From assembly GCA_964016885.1 (NCBI GenBank), contig CAXHJY010001314.1, positions 1 through 43,368 of the forward strand: a stretch of 43,368 nt of DNA, given 5' to 3'. Source of the DNA: Eledone cirrhosa. Its lineage: Eukaryota. Shown here piece after piece: positions 1 through 10,500 of this stretch (positions are counted from its first letter, which is position 1; every line of letters begins with the position of its first letter). The notes below the pieces were generated by a model. It saw nothing but the letters and a program-made list of their open reading frames with translations, was not told the DNA's origin and did no database searches. Position numbers and translations under genes: made by a program.

Positions 1-434
1 CCTCCATGGAACAAACTACCTGCATCAGTTGTTAGCTGTCGAGACACTGCATCCTTTAAAACCTCCTTGGAACAAACTACCTGCATCAGTAGTTAGTTCT
101 CGAGACACTGCATCCTTTAAAACCTCCTTGGAACAAACTACCTGCATCAGTTGTTAGCTGTCGAGACACTGCATCCTTTAAAACCTCCTTGGAACAAACT
201 ACCTGCATCAGTAGTTAGCTCTCGAGACACTGCATCCTTTAAAACCTCCTTGGAACAAACTACCTGCATCAGTTGTTAGCTGTCGAGACACTGCATCCTT
301 TAAAACCTCCATGGAACAAACTACCTGCATCAGTTGTTAGCTGTCGAGACACTGCATCCTTTAAAACCTCCTTGGAACAAACTACCTGCATCAGTTGTTA
401 GCTGTCGAGACACTGCATCCTTTAAAACCTCCAT
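1..434 (+). repeat. Minisatellite, 60-61 bp unit, about 7 copies (runs off the window start)
   Basis: Unit cctcc(a/t)tggaacaaactacctgcatcagttgttagctgtcgagacactgcatcctttaaaa repeated head to tail. Confidence 0.97.
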
Positions 435-620
435 GCTTCCTGAGATTCGCCAACACTACACCCGATATCCCCCCCTCCATACACACACACACACATGTAT
501 ATCATGACTCATACACTATTCACTTCCCTGACATTTATATATTATTCTATGTACTATACATGTACCTTTGATGAGTTGTGCACCTGAGCACTGTACACAA
601 TAATTACATTATTATTATTA
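365..620 (+). mobile_element. 3' end of a CR1/L2-like LINE (ORF C-terminus, 3' UTR, (ATT)n tail)
   Basis: Last unit reads WNKLPASVVSCRDTASFKTSMLPEIRQHY, matching the WNxLP...S..SFK C-terminal motif of CR1/L2 ORF2; ends in attattattat. Confidence 0.75.
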
Positions 621-815
621 TGGATTGGCAGAATTGGTAGAGGGTCGGACATACTTTCCAGCATAGTTATGTCCCTTTACGATCTGAGTTCAAATCCCGC
701 CAAGGTTAACTTTGCCTTTCATCCTTACAAGGTCGATAAAATAAAGTACCAGTAATGTACTGGGTAATTGCTGGCCTTGTGCCGAAAGTAGAAACAATTA
801 TTATTATTATTATTA
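621..815 (+). mobile_element. tRNA-derived SINE, family A
   Basis: A-box-like tggcagaattgg, B-box gttcaaatccc, body ctttgcctttcatcc...gtcgataaaataaagtaccag, (ATT)n tail; several other copies in the window. Confidence 0.85.
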
Positions 816-1100
816 TAAATCAACTGTGATATAACTCATTCTGCAACCTTCGTGACTGTACTCCATCAACTTGATACCTCCATAGTTTCCTGTCTAGTGT
901 ACCTCCTTTTCCCTTATAGCAGTTGACAGTGACAATACTGCTATGCCAGTCTTTGAGTATAACACCATTCTGTATTACTTGGTTTACATTATTATCTCAA
1001 ACAAATTAAGATTGCAGATAATAATAATACAGTGAGCTTATCTTGATATAGATTACTTCCATGTATAATCCAATTCTTTATATATATATATATATATATA

Positions 1101-1200
1101 TCATCATCATCGTTTTACGTCCATTCTTCCACGCTAGCACAGGTTAGACGGGTTGTCCTGTTGCGGGCAATGCCAAGTCAGGTGACCATGTCTTGTCCAC
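1101..1200 (-). mobile_element. 5'-truncated RTE-type tail
   Basis: Reverse complement closely matches the 3' end of the element at 23791-24130; (GAT)n tail next to (TA)n. Confidence 0.8.
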
Positions 1201-1406
1201 TATTTCTATGTTGTTACATTGTCTGATATGTATCTTTCTGGCAACTTGTTCTAAATTGCAATGAAAGGTGTACTCAAAATTATGCAATAGAACACTTATG
1301 CACAAAACTGCATTTCACAAGAGGTGGCTGAAGCAAAAGAAGGTTGTTTATTTACTCATTTGTCCCACATTGTTTTTAGTGGGCATTTTTGCGATATATA
1401 TATATA

Positions 1407-1517
1407 TCACCATCATCATCATCGTTTTACGTCCATTCTTCTACGCTAGCATGGGGTAGACGGATTGTCCTGTTGAGGGCAGTTCTCGGTCGGCTGACCC
1501 TGTCTTGCTCATACGGG
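1407..1517 (-). mobile_element. 5'-truncated RTE-type tail, second copy
   Basis: Similar to 1101-1200, flanked by (TA)n. Confidence 0.8.
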
Positions 1518-1800
1518 AATATATATATATATATATGTTAGGTGATTATCTACAGTTACAGTCAGTGTGCTATTCGAAGCACTTAATGCTGTTAAGAGGT
1601 CTATCTTGTGTTGTATTCCAGAGTTAAGGTGGCTGCAGTGTGCAGTGTAAATAAAGTAGAATCAAAGTCAATGTTGCAGTATACGCCAAGTTTGTACATA
1701 TGCTGCAACACTGACTTCAATTCTTACACACACACACTATCTCTCTCTATATATATATATATCAGTATGTGGTTGATGGCTGAGAGAAAAGAGTAGATGC

Positions 1801-1838
1801 CTGATGACCCTGTGATAAACAGGTGAAACTCTAGAGTA
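1801..1838 (+). ncRNA. Degenerate type I hammerhead ribozyme motif
   Basis: CTGATGA, stem II CCTGT/ACAGG, GAAA, palindromic stem III ACTCTAGAGT, then A; stem I does not pair well. Confidence 0.45.
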
Positions 1839-1984
1839 ACAAAACTTACTATTTAGCCTTATCAAAATGTATGTATGTATGTATGTATATATATATATAC
1901 ACACACACACACTCTAGTTTAAATCAAACAGACATGTGTCATTACAAAGAGACATAGACAATAACATTAGCAATCATAATACAC

Positions 1985-2017
1985 CTGAGGAAGTCTGGAG
2001 TGTAACAAACTCTCTGA
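1985..2017 (-). CDS. Candidate 33-nt micro-exon of an unidentified host gene
   Basis: Minus strand tttcatgtttgttgttacAG|tcagagag...cctcag|GTgtat; length is a multiple of 3, open in all phases; donor is weak. Confidence 0.25.
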
Positions 2018-2431
2018 CTGTAACAACAAACATGAAACACTGGTCTGAATATATCAGTGTTAATTATAACTCTCCATTTTAAATTCAGACAACATTTGAT
2101 GGAAACATTGCAATGAAGGTGCATTAACCAACAAATTATAAAAGCTACCTGAATGTAATATGTCGCAGGTGGTGGATAGTGGATATGGCCACCAAATATG
2201 GTTAGTTGTGATATAAGCAGCCCCAGACCAACAGCAGTAAACTACTAGGGGAGATGGAGCAATGGGTGACATCTGTAGCTCCCATGTAAACTGACACAAC
2301 CCAGTAATATAGCTATGACGAGACAAGTAAAGGCCACTTCTAACAAAGCTTTGGGAGTTTTAGAAAGTACCAGATTGGTGACTGACACTAATATGACCAC
2401 CAATATGGTGAGAAGTAAGAAAAAGATTTTA

Positions 2432-2484
<53 letters not shown>

Positions 2485-2609
2485 GTGTAAATATGTCTAT
2501 GCATATGTGTGTGTATATGTGTATATGCATGTGTATGAATATGCGCGGGGACATAGAAATAATAGGGCTGAACACCCAATCGCGCGGTTAAACCACTGGA
2601 AGTGAGGAC

Positions 2610-2822
2610 CCCTAGTCTTTGTCAGGGCATTCTTCGAGGAGAAGGCAGGCAACTCAGGAAACTGGGATAACTCCCGACATAAAACCTGCGGCTCAGTAGT
2701 TACCAATGATGTTGAGCTTTTCTTCTTTTCGGGCTATAGCTACTATCGCTCAGAGAGTGGGATTGGCTCAGTGCACAGTCTTTCCTCACTTTGAAAAAAA
2801 AATCTTCATGCACAGGCATTGC
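2610..2822 (+). mobile_element. Diverged relative of RTE-derived element family C
   Basis: Collinear similarity to 36070-36262 (gacccctagtctttgtcagggca...aggagaagg...ccaatgatgttga...gagagtggga...cacaggcattgc). Confidence 0.65.
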
Positions 2823-2886
2823 ACGATTGCATTAATTAATAATAATGTTATATAGTGCAATGGCCATACTCAATAACAAGGGGGCA

Positions 2887-2931
<45 letters not shown>

Positions 2932-2934
<3 letters not shown>

Positions 2935-3541
2935 GGTGGCTGCCAACTCGTTTTCGAGTACGGCCACTACTTTATATCCATATAGGAGAACCCCTACCGA
3001 AGCGCTGAACAAGTGTGACTTTTTAGTCCAGCCAGCGACTTGAAAACTCTGGTACAAACACTACACTTGTGACAATTATTGACACAGTGCTGGGCCCATG
3101 GTACCATGTGACGACAAGTGCAGAGAGATCTCCAGATATAAAGCAATGCCTGTGCCATGAAGCTTTTATAGTGAGCAAAGGCACTGCACAAAGCCAGTCC
3201 CACTCTCTTAACCAAGATGATATTTACCAAAAAGAAGAACAAGTCAACATCATTGGATACCATCAGGGTTGCAGATGTTATATCAGAGTTTTCCTTCTCC
3301 TAGAATTCTGCCTTGACAAAGGCTAAGGGGTCATCTCTCCCGGTGATTTTGGATGGCCATTGACTCTTAAGAGCGCCTTTGCTCTTTGACATGTTATGTT
3401 TTTAGTCCTGCAGGATGTCCAAAGTCACCCTCCTCACCAAGAAACCTTAGTGGGGTTGCCAGTTTAGTCGCCAACGACCCGAACATAAGACAGGTTGTAC
3501 TGGGATACATGTTACCAGTAGCACCAACTGGTGACCTGACA
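2932..3541 (-). mobile_element. Non-autonomous bipartite RTE-derived element, family C (5' UTR-like part plus C2H2 finger remnant and 3' end)
   Basis: Contains ctaggagaaggaaaactctgat (RTE 5' UTR-type motif) and encodes [18 protein letters not shown] (C-terminal C2H2 as in BovB-like RTE); highly similar copies at 32037-32472 and 35886-36281; sits in (TA)n. Confidence 0.8.
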
Positions 3542-3605
3542 TATACATACATACATACACATATATATATATATATGTATGTATATATATGTATATATAT
3601 ATATA

Positions 3606-3890
3606 TGATGGCTGCCCCCTTGTTATTGAGTATGGCCATTGCACTATATAACAATATTAATAATTATTAATAAATTCGGACTGCCTGAAGAGGTCACAGC
3701 CAATGATGGCTGTCACCGAAATATATATATAGCAGTACATCTTTAATAAACGAAGCCAAATTTTAAATATTTGACTTAAATACTTTATTTTACATTACTC
3801 CGGAGTAACCAAACCAACCTGCGTACTTTGTCGAGTGCTCCAATCTGCATACTGAGGTGTCGGTAAACAACCAACGTATACTCAAAATAT
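3606..3890 (+). mobile_element. Penelope-like pseudo-LTR or retrozyme-like fragment
   Basis: Carries an intact hammerhead followed by aataaa; flanked by (TA)n; first 48 bp are perfectly inverted at 2846-2893. Confidence 0.65.
3680..3736 (+). ncRNA. Type I hammerhead ribozyme, intact core
   Basis: Stem I ACTGC/GCAGT; CTGAAGA; stem II GGT-C-ACAGCCA/TGGCTGT-C-ACC; GAAA; stem III formed from ATATATATAT; predicted cleavage after A3731. Confidence 0.85.
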
Positions 3891-4031
3891 ATATATATAT
3901 ATTATGAAATACTGTTGGCTTCACGCTCACAATAATTTCTATACTTTCATTTATATATATATATATATATTCATTTAAAAACAACAGAAAGCTGGACTAG
4001 AAACATTCTTTAAAGTTTTAATTTTGTGAAA

Positions 4032-4103
4032 ACACTACATATTTCAATGGCCCAGTTTCATCATCTGATCCTTATGCAAGACTTAGGTGATTTCCTCAGG
4101 TGT
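4032..4103 (-). ncRNA. Minimal type I hammerhead motif
   Basis: Minus strand ACAC CTGAGGA aat...att GAAA tatg TA GTGT; stem II is long and decayed. Confidence 0.55.
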
Positions 4104-4476
4104 AGACTACGTAATTAGTTATATAAGATAATAGAATTATGGGTGAACACAGAATAGAAGATAGATTTGAGGATGGCTTGCCAATTCGGTGTTTTTGTAT
4201 CAGCAAACCATCCCTTTTTTTATATGAATATTTAACTCCCTTTCTACACCAGCCACTGGATGATGGATGATTTACACAATGTTGAGTGCTTTAATTTATT
4301 GCATCATCATTTACTAACCAGAAAGACCATGTCTACCCATTGGTAAACAACATAAATGGTGTGTGTGTGTGTGATTACATGCAGGCAGACAACCAGTTAG
4401 GGTTTATGACTGGTAGATATAAAAGTATCTTGAGGTAAGCACTCAACATCCTGAAGCCTGGTGGTCCAGGTGAAGT

Positions 4477-4914
4477 ATATTCAATGAAGAATAAGTATGC
4501 TAAGTGGGTTTTTACAATTTATTTGGAAATTTTCCATTACAAATGTTTCAACAGGTTTGACTACTATGCAATCTATCGGTTCCATAATATCAATCTGGCC
4601 TCTTCAGATGGTCTTCCAAACATTATTTTTATCCACTCTTGGTTCTCTGGAAAACCTGAGGTAGAGAGATAGAGGAACTGATAAAATTCAATCTCCTTTC
4701 TCAATATCAGTTCCCCTATCTCTCCACCCTAGATTCTCCAGAGAACTAGGGGTGGATAAAAATAATGTTTGGAAGACCACCTGAAGAGGCCAGATTGATA
4801 TTATGGAGCTAACACACTACATAGTAGTCAAACCTGTTAAAACATTTGTAAAGGAAAATTTCCAAAGAAATTGTTGTAAAAACCCATTTTGCATACTTAT
4901 TCTTCATTGAATAT
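4477..4914. repeat. Long inverted repeat (about 207-bp arms, 21-nt spacer) of a hammerhead-bearing Penelope-like terminus
   Basis: 4477-4683 is the imperfect reverse complement of 4705-4914. Left arm, minus strand 4534-4611: CCAT CTGAAGA...GAAA CATTTG TA ATGG. Right arm has GAAA changed to AAAA. Confidence 0.9.
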
Positions 4915-5494
4915 GTATAGATATAGATAGATATCTTATAGATAGATAGATACCACATGACACATGCAGAAATGGGTTACACAGAACTTGCTCTGGAGAG
5001 GAATGATCCTACATGAAACATGCATTAAAAATAAGAAAAATACTAAAACAAAAGCAAAATAACAGTAAATAATATAAAAAAATAAGTAAAAACTGAAAAT
5101 ATAAAAATAGAAAGGTTTTTTTTAACTCTTAATGTCCTGTACCAGATAAAACCAGATTAGCAAGACATGCTTAACTACAGAACAACATTATGACTGCATC
5201 ACATTAAATTTCAATGACTTTAATACTGAACATTTACAACAAGATGTTTACTAGTAAATACACAAAGGACAAAAACCTGAGATGAGACCAAGGAGACAAT
5301 GTTTCCATTGGTCTTCTTCCCATTGCTGATATATTATCTGCTCGTCACAATTCCTGGCAGAAGGAGCCAATTGTCAGATCAAACCAGGAAACAATGGTTA
5401 TCCCATTACTGGTACTATCTGCTAGAGGAGGCTGGATTTTAACTCTAAGATGGTACAGAGCATGTCATCCAACTCTTCTACTAATCCATCACCC

Positions 5495-5642
5495 CACCAC
5501 ACACACTCAACCAGTTCTTTATCAACCCTGAAAGGATGAAAGGCATTGTTGACTTTGGTGGGATTTGAAATCAGAGTACAGTGAGCTGGAATAAACTGTC
5601 ACATTTACTCCCACAACCCTAACAGCTCTTACAATTCACCAC
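5495..5642 (-). mobile_element. Diverged SINE family A copy
   Basis: aaaggatgaaaggcattgttgactttggtgggatttgaa matches the family A reverse complement. Confidence 0.6.
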
Positions 5643-5668
5643 TCATAAACTTACTATAAACATTTGAA

Positions 5669-5905
5669 TTAGTCCTTTCATTACCATATTTATAATGAAA
5701 GACATTAACCGTGATTTTTAAATAATTTTCTAAAATAATCAAAAATTTGGAGAGATTTATTAATAAACTTTCTAATCATTAAATTGGTATTTGGAACATA
5801 ACTTAAAGGTTTTAACATAAAATTATGATGGAAGGGTTTTAGATAAATATAACCACTTTTAAATAAACAGCTCTGTATCAAGCAGTTTGGCTTCAAAAGG
5901 GTTTA
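5669..5905 (+). mobile_element. Decayed piggyBac-like MITE (related fragments near 12197-12440, 13885-14345, 22677-22885)
   Basis: Ends resemble ttaaccctttc... and ...caaaagggttaa; internal motifs (ggtatttggaacataa, gatggaagggttttagat) recur across the copies. Confidence 0.45.
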
Positions 5906-6042
5906 TATACTTGTGTTTAGATATTTTCTGCTTAATAATTACAGGATGTTAAGAGTTAAAGAGAATCGGTTTTCAACAACTAGACTCAGAACAAAAAGCA
6001 TCTATAACAGAGCTTTAGAGATTTCGGTTGTACCTAACTTAC

Positions 6043-6090
6043 CTTGTGTAGCTTATGTAGAGTGTTTAACTCAGGTAGATCAAAGTGTAC
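6043..6090 (-). CDS. Candidate 48-nt phase-0 coding exon (VHFDLPELNTLHKLHK) of an unidentified host gene
   Basis: Minus strand tctctttttgttctcttcctgc...cgtAG|GTACAC...CACAAG|GTAAGT; consensus donor; only phase 0 is free of stops; lies in non-repetitive sequence. Confidence 0.5.
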
Positions 6091-6639
6091 CTACGGTGTT
6101 TCCAAATGCAGGAAGAGAACAAAAAGAGACAGGTGGTTATGAACAAAAGCCAAATATATTTAAAATCATGGGATGTCTTAAAATTTAGCTTATAATATCT
6201 GACTTTTTATCCAGTAGTTTTAATGAAAAAATTTACTTCAAATTTTTGAAAAATATTTAAAAAAATAAAAATAAATAACCTTGCTTGGCTAAGTAATTAT
6301 TGTTGGAATATTTTGAATAATTATGGGAAGTTCTAATTTACATAAATCTCCAACAATTAACTTTGTTAAATTAATTGAAATTATATGCATAAAAAGATCT
6401 CAATTTTTATTTTCACTAACAAAGGCAATTTAGATAATATATATCATTGATGATGATGATGATGATATAGATGTTTTGGGGTATGTATGTAGCTTGGCTT
6501 CCAATGTATATCCTCATTTTTAGAATAGATACACAATATTCCTGTGTGTTGTCAAGGGCAACTAAAGGGGTTGAGGTGAGAAAGAATATCCAACTGTGAC
6601 AACCCACCCAACATATGATGGTGTTTTATCAATTAAACC

Positions 6640-6830
6640 GTACTGAATATCTGACAGAAGGCTACTGTCATTGCTCTTCCTAAACCAAATAAACCTGTAG
6701 ATGATCTAAAGAGCTACAGACCAATCTCCATACTGTGTGTCCCCTTCAAACTCCTGGAGTGAGTTCTAGCCAACCAGGAACCAACAGATGACCCACAACT
6801 GCAGGTCTTCGCTGTGGCATTGTGTGGCAC
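6640..6830 (+). mobile_element. Decayed LINE RT fragment (I/Ingi/Jockey-like)
   Basis: Translates I*QKATVIALPKPNKPVDDLKSYRPISILCVPFKLLE*VL, the N-terminal RT motif with stops. Confidence 0.8.
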
Positions 6831-6930
6831 TAGGGCCTAAACCTGAAGTTACTCAGAACATTTCCTGGCCATCACATTGACAAAAAAGATGGTATGATAG
6901 GACACTTCCCATATATATATATATATATAT

Positions 6931-7255
6931 AGCAGTGAAATGAAGAACAACAACAACAACAGCGACAACAACAACGACAACAACAGCAACACCATTGTCT
7001 GTGTTGAATGTGTGTGTATGTATGTATTTATATATATGCGACTACAATAACAGCACCAACACCATTGTCTGCAGCATCAGTGAAATGAAGAACAACAACA
7101 ACGGCAGCAGCAGCAACAACAACAACAGCAGCAGCAACTACAATAACAACTACAGCAACAACAACTGCCACCACCATCACTGACCATCCACCACCACCAC
7201 CACCATACTGACACGATCCACCACCATTCACCACCACCACCACCACCATTACCAG
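6931..7255 (+). repeat. Compound (AAC)n/(AGC)n/(CAC)n microsatellite with internal duplication
   Basis: cagtgaaatgaagaacaacaac and aacaccattgtct each occur twice. Confidence 0.9.
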
Positions 7256-7524
7256 CGTAAAGCAAACAATTATTATTATTATATAAAAACTGAACTGGAC
7301 TGGGAAAAGTCAACAGTTGACATGATTTTGATTTTGTATTTGTATCAGTACTGCCGGTAATATATATATATATATATGTGTGTTTGTGAGTGGTGTGTGT
7401 GTTTGTATGCATGAATGAGTGTTGGTATGTGAGTGGCTTGTGTGTTTGTGGTTTGTATGCATGAATGTTGGTGTGTGAGTGTGTGTGTCGTGTCAATAAT
7501 TTTATTTTTTTTCTATTTTTTTAA

Positions 7525-10500
7525 TGATCATGCTGTAAAATGGAGGGGTAGAGAGGGCCCAAGAGTCTAGTAAGACATCCTCTCTAGTGCTGGTGGCACA
7601 AATAAAAGCACCCTGTCCATGCTGTAAAGTGGCGCTGGTGTTAGGAAGGGTATCCAACCAGTGTATCAATGCCAAAACGCTTATCAGCACAGCAACAAAT
7701 AGGAACAACAACAAAATATGAAGACGTCGCATCTCAGAGTTGCAACACTTAATGTTGGCACTCTCAGAGGTAGATCTGCTGAAATAGCGGAGATGCTGGA
7801 GAGAAGGCAGGTGGATGTGTGCTGCGTGCAAGAGGTGAGATGGAGAGGTGCCTCTGCGAGACTAATCGTAGGCAAAGTCTTAGCTATAAGCTATTCTGGG
7901 TAGGTAAGGATGATGGGTTAGGGGGAGTAGGCATTTTCCTGGCTGAGAAATGGATCAATAAGACAATAGAGGTAGTTCGAGTTAGTAATCGAATAATCAA
8001 GCTTAGATTAGTTGTAGGCAGGAGACTACTGACAATCATCTCGGTCTATGCTCCCCAAGCAGGCCGAGGCAAAGATGAGAAAGACTGCTTTTACGAGCAA
8101 CTTTTACAAACAACCGCAATGACAGAGGACGGAGACATCGTTATGCTAGCAGGAGACTTCAATGGTCATGTTGGACAGCTCCAGGATGGTTACACTGGGG
8201 TACATGGTGGGCACGGTTACGGCTCAAGAAATGAAGAAGGAGTGAGACTTCTTGAATTTTGTGATGCAGGTACATTGACTATTTGCAACACAAACTTCCA
8301 GAAACCTGCCAATCACCTAATAACCTACAAATCTGGTGAGCACATAAGCCAGATTGACTTCTTACTAGTTAGGCAGCGGGACAGGCAGATAGTGTCTAAT
8401 ACCAAGGCATACCCTGGGGAAGAATGTACCCCACAGCATAGGTTAGTTGTTAGTGATATCTCAGTAAGCAAGAGATTGAATGAGACACATATAGGAAGGT
8501 GTGGAGAAGAAAGGTCTGGAAGCTAAAAGAACTTTCACTAAAATACAAATTTAGGAAAGCCCTTCAAGATGTATATGACGAAAAAGAAGACGATTTAGAG
8601 ACGTATGACATAGATAATAACTGGAATTTCTTATGTGACAACTTGCTGCACGCTACTGATGAAACTTGTGGCTGGAGCAGAGCTCCAACCAGACAGAGAG
8701 TGACCTGGTGGTGGAACAGCACAGTAGATAAGGCCATTAGAGACAAAAGACTAGCATGGAAGGCTTGGAAAAAGGGTGGGAGTAGGGAAGAATATACAGC
8801 CACTAAGAGAGAAGCTAGACGTCAGGTGTACTTAGCACGCAGGGAGGCTGAGAGTAGGAGGTTTGCCAATGTTCTGCGACGGGAAGATCAGAGGCGTGTG
8901 GTGTTCCACATTGCAAGGCAGTGTGTCAATGCAAATCAGGATGTTGTTGGAGATAAATGTGTCCGGGATGATGCCAGTGTACTTAGTGTCACGAATGATC
9001 AGAAAAAGAAGGCCTGGAAATGTCATTATGAGAGACTGATGAATGTGGAGAACGAATGGGAGAGAGAGAAATTCCCCTTAGTAGATCCGACAGAGGGACC
9101 AGCTATTGAGATTGATGAATATAGGGTCCAAGAGGCGATTAGGGAAATGAAAAATGGTAAGGCTGCTGGACCATCGGGAATAGTTGCTGAGATGCTGAAG
9201 GCATCAGGGGACGTAGGCACTAAACTGGTTGTACGCATCATCAATCAGGCTATATATGGTGGTGTCATACCCAAAGACTGGTGCAGCAGTATTCTCATAA
9301 ATTGCTACAAAGGTAAAGGGGATGCTCTGGAGAGGAGCAATTATAGGGGTATAAAACTGATAGATCAGGTTATGAAAGTGGCAGAAAGGATATTAGCATA
9401 ACTAATTAGAGAAAGGGTCAAACTAGATGAGATGCAGTTTGGTTTTGTGCCTGGGAAGAGTACAACAGATGCCCTCTTCTTGGTGAGACAATTGCAAGAG
9501 AGGTTCTTAGAGAAAAATAAGCCACTATACTTAGCCTTTGTTGACCTAGAGAAAGCCTTTGATAGGGTACCCCGATCTGTCATCTGGTGGTCCCTAAGGA
9601 ACTAGGTGTTGAGGAATGGCTTGTGAGGACAGTGCAAACTTTGTACAGAGGTACTCTCAGTAAAGTTAGGGTAGGAATGGAGTTTAGTGAGGAATTCCAG
9701 ATACAAGTAGGAGTACATCAGGGTTCGGTCCTCAGCCCGCTCTTGTTCATTATAGTCCTCCAAGCCATAACAGAGGAGTTTAAGACTGGCTGTCCATGGG
9801 AACTTCTCTATGCTGATGATCTGGTTCTTATAGCAGAATCAGTAGAGGAGCTAGAGAATAAATTCTGGTTATGGAAACAGTAGTTGGAAGCAAGAGGACT
9901 GAAGGTGAACCTAGCTAAGACAAAAGTGTTGATGAGTAGAAAAGAGGACAAAACCCTGATTCCGTCAGGGAAATGGCCATGTTCGGTATGCAGAAAAGAA
10001 ACTGGCATAAATTCTATAAAATACACAAAATGCAGATCCTGGGTACACAAGAGATGTAGCGGGATAGCAGGCAAACTAACAGGTAGGGAGAAATATGTAT
10101 GCAGTAGATGTACAGGGAAATTAGACAGTAGAAGTCGCATTGATAGACACATTTTTCAAATGCAGGAGGGCGCTATAGAATGGTGGATAGCTTCCGGTAC
10201 CTAGGATATCAGATTAGCATGGGAGGAGGGTGTTCCGAGGCCATAGTATCTAGAATAAGGACGGGTTGGAAGAAGTTTAGGGAGCTGCTTCCTCTGTTGA
10301 CGAAGAAGGGTTTCTCCCTGCGTACGAAAGGCCGGTTGTATGATGCCTGTGTGAGGAGCGCAATGCTGCATGGTAGTGAGACATGGGCAGCAACTGCAGA
10401 GGATATGCGACGGCTGGAGAGAAATGAGGCAAGCATGCTCCGTTGGATGTGCAGTGTAAATGTGCATGAACGACCCAGCATAAATGTGTTGAGAGAGAAA

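Noticed and set aside
4451-4476. Hammerhead-like CTGAAG-CCTGG/CCAGG-TGAAG
   Set aside because: Core incomplete and 3' part replaced by the inverted repeat.
5278-5418. Possible minus-strand exon
   Set aside because: Stops in all three frames and poor splice signals.
6995-7496. Poly-N, poly-V and poly-C ORFs
   Set aside because: Trinucleotide microsatellite translations.
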